The notes under the pieces: generated by a model
Database searches by the model: none
Told to the model about the DNA's origin: nothing
What the model saw: only the letters and a program-made list of their open reading frames with translations
DNA from: a candidate division FCPU426 bacterium
Lineage (GTDB): Bacteria > Oederibacteriota > Muellerivitia > Muellerivitales > Muellerivitaceae
Assembly: GCA_963738405.1 (NCBI GenBank)
Contig: CAVTWJ010000020.1
Location: 1 to 64,000, forward strand
Direction: 5' to 3'
DNA length: 64,000 nucleotides
Made by a program: the position numbers and the translations under genes
Shown here: positions 59,753 through 64,000 of the stretch, piece after piece
Layout: each line of letters starts with the position of its first letter
Position numbering within the stretch: the stretch's first letter is position 1

Positions 59753-59845
59753 TTTTCACCACTAAGGCACAAAGACACCAAGAAAACCCTTTGTTTTTTA
59801 ACCTGAGTTTTTGCTTTCCTTGGTGACTTGGTGTCTTGGTGGTTC
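59753..59845. repeat. Inverted-repeat element with (CACCAAGN)3 arms
   Basis: TTTTCACCACTAAGGCACAAAGACACCAAGAAAA / TTTCCTTGGTGACTTGGTGTCTTGGTGGTTC. Confidence 0.82.
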
Positions 59846-59965
59846 AAAGGGTTTGGTGGCGGGTTCATTAGTCCAACCGCAATTAACATGGAAAATCTTG
59901 CGGGTGTTTCAGGCCCAGCGTAGAATTTCCGCCTGTCATTCCCGTTTTCACCTTTATTACCTTGA

Positions 59966-61264
<1,299 letters not shown>

Positions 61265-61283
61265 TAGGCAGTGGCTTTAGGGT

Positions 61284-61318
61284 AAAAAAGGCGGGCCCCA
61301 AAGGGGCTCGCCTTTTTT
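61284..61318. terminator. Bidirectional rho-independent terminator after eno
   Basis: AAAAAAGGCGGGCCCC-aaa-GGGGCTCGCCTTTTTT. Confidence 0.85.
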
Positions 61319-61335
61319 ATTGACCGAGGTAATCC

Positions 61336-62244
61336 GTGGCCGAAACGAAGACCATTTTCGATAGCGTGACCGAACTGGTGGGAAAAACCCCGCTGATCGA
61401 AATCCATTGCCATGGGGTTTCGGGCGTCACCATCCTCGCCAAATTGGAAAGCTTCAACCCGGGCGGGTCAGTGAAGGACCGGCCGGCCCTGCGCATGATT
61501 GAGGAAGGCATCCGGCTGGGGAAATTGACAAAGGATAAGGCGATTCTTGACGCCACTTCGGGCAATACGGGAATCGCCTATGCCATGATCGGAGCAGCCC
61601 TGGGGTACAAGGTGGTCTTGGCCCTGCCCGCCAACGTCAGCGAAGAACGCAAACGCATCCTTGAAACTTATAACGTTGAGGTTCATTACTCCAGCGAGAT
61701 GGAAGGTTCGGATGGGGCCATTCGCTTGGCTCAGAAGTTGGCCCGGGAAAATCCGGACAAGTATTTCTTGCCGGATCAGTACAACAACCCCGAAAATCCC
61801 AAGGCCCATTACCTTTCAACTGCCGAGGAAATTATGGAACTGGCCGGGGACAGGATCACCCATTTCGCGGCAGGGATAGGCACCAGCGGAACCTTAATGG
61901 GAACGGGCAAGCGCATCAAGGAAATCAAACCTTCGGTCAAGCTGGTGGCGCTGGAGCCCGCGGAACCCTTTCACGGTTTGGAGGGTTGGAAACACATGGC
62001 TTCTTCCATCGTGCCGGGCATTTACGACAAGAGCGCTTATGACGAGAAGATCGCCATCGACACCGACGAAGCCTACGAGTGGGTGAAGGTTTTGGCCCGC
62101 AAGGAGGGACTGCTTCTTGGTTTGTCCTGCGGCGGGGCGCTTTCGGGCTGCGTCAAACTTGCGAAGAAAATAGGCTCCGGCTGTATCGTTACGGTTTTTC
62201 CGGATTCGGGGGACAAGTACCTATCCACCCGGGTGTGGGAATAA
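61336..62244 (+). CDS. cysM: PLP-dependent cysteine synthase (CysM-like)
   Basis: KLESFNPGGSVKDR, TSGNTG, DQYNNPEN, GTSGT and FPDSGDKYLS; adjacent to a Mec-like gene. Confidence 0.85.
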   Translation: MAETKTIFDSVTELVGKTPLIEIHCHGVSGVTILAKLESFNPGGSVKDRPALRMIEEGIRLGKLTKDKAILDATSGNTGIAYAMIGAALGYKVVLALPANVSEERKRILETYNVEVHYSSEMEGSDGAIRLAQKLARENPDKYFLPDQYNNPENPKAHYLSTAEEIMELAGDRITHFAAGIGTSGTLMGTGKRIKEIKPSVKLVALEPAEPFHGLEGWKHMASSIVPGIYDKSAYDEKIAIDTDEAYEWVKVLARKEGLLLGLSCGGALSGCVKLAKKIGSGCIVTVFPDSGDKYLSTRVWE

Positions 62245-62254
62245 AGGAAAGAAA

Positions 62255-62665
62255 ATGGTCCGTTTTACCCAGAAGGCTCAAACTGAAATGGTTGGAATTG
62301 GGGAAAGGGGCTACCCCCATGAGATTTGCGGATTGATGTTCGGCAAGGCTGGCGAAATCCGCGAGGTGACGGAGGTTTTTGAGTGCGGCAACCTGAACAA
62401 GCTCAAACCCGAGACTCGCTACGACATGGACCCCCATGATTACATGAAGGGAGAAGCCCTGGCCCGGAAAAAGGGGTTGGACGTCATCGGCATATTCCAT
62501 TCGCACCCAGACCATCCGGATAAGGCTTCGGAAACCGACCGGCAGGCGGCTTGGCAGGGTTTTTCCTATGTCATCATGTCCATTCAAAAAGGAAAGTTTG
62601 CCTCGATGAAGTCCTGGGTGCTGGATGGCCTGGAACAATTTCATGAGGAACCTATCGCGCCCTAA
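62255..62665 (+). CDS. JAB/M67 metallopeptidase (Mec, CysO-cysteine peptidase-like)
   Basis: YPHEICG and FHSHPDH...SETD JAMM motif. Confidence 0.88.
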   Translation: MVRFTQKAQTEMVGIGERGYPHEICGLMFGKAGEIREVTEVFECGNLNKLKPETRYDMDPHDYMKGEALARKKGLDVIGIFHSHPDHPDKASETDRQAAWQGFSYVIMSIQKGKFASMKSWVLDGLEQFHEEPIAP

Positions 62666-62719
62666 CGAAAATCGGCGGCCCCGCTTCAATTGGGCGGGAA
62701 TTCAGTTGAGGAGGTCCCT

Positions 62720-63133
62720 GTGAAATTCCACACCGAACACCTATGGTTTCAAACGAAAAAACACCGGGAATACATCAACATTACCGGTGATGTGGAAAAG
62801 GCCCTTCAAAAAAGCGGGATCAAGGAGGGGATGATATTGGTTTCCGCTATGCACATCACGGCGGGTGTCTATGTGAATGACGCGGAAGACGGCCTGATTG
62901 CCGATATCGACGAGTGGTTGGAAAAGCTGGCCCCCTTCCGGGAGGACTACCGCCATCACCGCACCGGGGAAACCAACGGCGATTCCCATTTGAAAAGTCT
63001 GCTGATTCATCATGAAGTCATCGTTCCCGTCAGCGATGGAAAACTCGATTTTGGACCCTGGCAGCAGGTCTATTACGCCGAGTTTGACGGGCAGAGAAAG
63101 AAACGCCTGCTCATTAAAGTCATGGGGGAATGA
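62720..63133 (+). CDS. YjbQ/UPF0047 family protein
   Basis: [28 protein letters not shown] motifs; GTG start after GAGGAGG. Confidence 0.9.
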   Translation: MKFHTEHLWFQTKKHREYINITGDVEKALQKSGIKEGMILVSAMHITAGVYVNDAEDGLIADIDEWLEKLAPFREDYRHHRTGETNGDSHLKSLLIHHEVIVPVSDGKLDFGPWQQVYYAEFDGQRKKRLLIKVMGE

Positions 63134-63429
63134 TGGAATCCTCAAAGCCGGAATTTGAAAAATACCTCTTCGTCTGCGTCAACGAAAGACCGGAAGGGGA
63201 GAGGGTCTCTTGCGGGGGGACCCATTGCGGCAAGGAGCTGGCCGCCCGCCTGAAAGAGGAGGTTAAAAGGGCCGGGTTGGCCGGGAAGATCCGGGTTTCT
63301 AAGTCCTATTGCCTGGATGTCTGCGAGGAGGGGGCCAATGTGATTCTTTATCCCGACAATATCTGGTTTAAACATACCGAAATAAACGATGTTCCCGCCA
63401 TTCTTGCCAAACTGGGAATAGAGCCGTAA
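63130..63429 (+). CDS. Thioredoxin-like [2Fe-2S] ferredoxin
   Basis: [20 protein letters not shown] and YPDNIWF motifs. Confidence 0.85.
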   Translation: MMESSKPEFEKYLFVCVNERPEGERVSCGGTHCGKELAARLKEEVKRAGLAGKIRVSKSYCLDVCEEGANVILYPDNIWFKHTEINDVPAILAKLGIEP

Positions 63430-63461
63430 AGTAAGCCGTTGTTAGTTATTTTTGAGAAAGT

Positions 63462-63804
63462 GGGGGTGACCGGTTTCGACTGGGAAGCTGAACTTTTGGG
63501 AGCGTGTCGAGGCGCCATCGCTCGTCAAACATGGCAACGGTTTAACTGCCGACAATCAGTTAGCTCTCGCCGCTTAAAGCGGCTAGCGTTTTACCCTTGA
63601 TGCCTATTAAGGGGATAAAACGTAAGCAGTAGGCTGGTCCGGATCAGGGTTGTTCCACCGATGGCCGGACGAGAAACAAAGGGACTGGCTCTCCGCCGGC
63701 GGCTCGGGAGCGAGCGGGGGGTGAGATACTTTCCGGAGCTACGCACGTAGGGCCCATTATGGATGTTTTTCAGGACGTGGGTTCGATTCCCACCACCTCC
63801 ACCA
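63462..63804 (+). ncRNA. ssrA: tmRNA with tag ORF ADNQLALAA* (63548-63577)
   Basis: 5' GGGGGTG..GGTTTCGAC; 3' GTGGGTTCGATTCCCAC-CACCTCC-ACCA; G3.U wobble in the acceptor stem; tag ends in ALAA. Confidence 0.96.
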
Positions 63805-64000
63805 TTTTTTTAGTGAACCGGTTTCTTTGTTTACTTGGACTGGTTTCCAATCTCCACTTCCCAAAACGGTCTATGATATTCGGCATAGTCCGGCCTTTAC
63901 CGCGATGTTTTCTTTTTAATCCCTGGAGCACTTAGAACTGCAGGATGTATTGAATGGTTTGTAAAATGAAACCTCCCGATGGATTTGTGGCAGAAGGCTG

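Overview
Bacterial chromosomal segment of roughly 50-55% GC (estimated by eye), almost all on the + strand. Left: a GT-C membrane glycosyltransferase, GH57 and glgB, accA, an amidase plus GerMN pair, valS, nadC, birA, coaX, and two DUF2723/TMEM260-like membrane proteins. Centre (about 18.4-38.5 kb) is the most unusual part. A PilT-family ATPase with a long TPR tail and a TsaP/FlgT-like secreted protein lead into a chemosensory cluster: cheR, two all-TPR proteins, an MshEN-CheW fusion, a divergent P-II protein, cheY, cheC, cheD, cheW, cheY, cheB, an interposed NHL/SGNH-like gene, cheA, cheC and a degenerate GGDEF protein, ending at dprA. No chemoreceptor or flagellar gene is present in the window. 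About 15 kb of accessory genes separate dprA from topA. They include a 2757-aa surface protein with an alternating-Thr (TFTQTATP)n stalk and a FlgD/T9SS-CTD-like tail, followed by a duplicated nested-palindrome DNA element. Right: topA, argB, nrdR, DUF1015, eno, a cysteine synthase, a Mec-like peptidase, YjbQ, a ferredoxin and a complete tmRNA. Several intergenic gaps carry REP-like inverted repeats built from 8-nt periodic arms. All assignments come from reading motifs by eye; no database searches were run.
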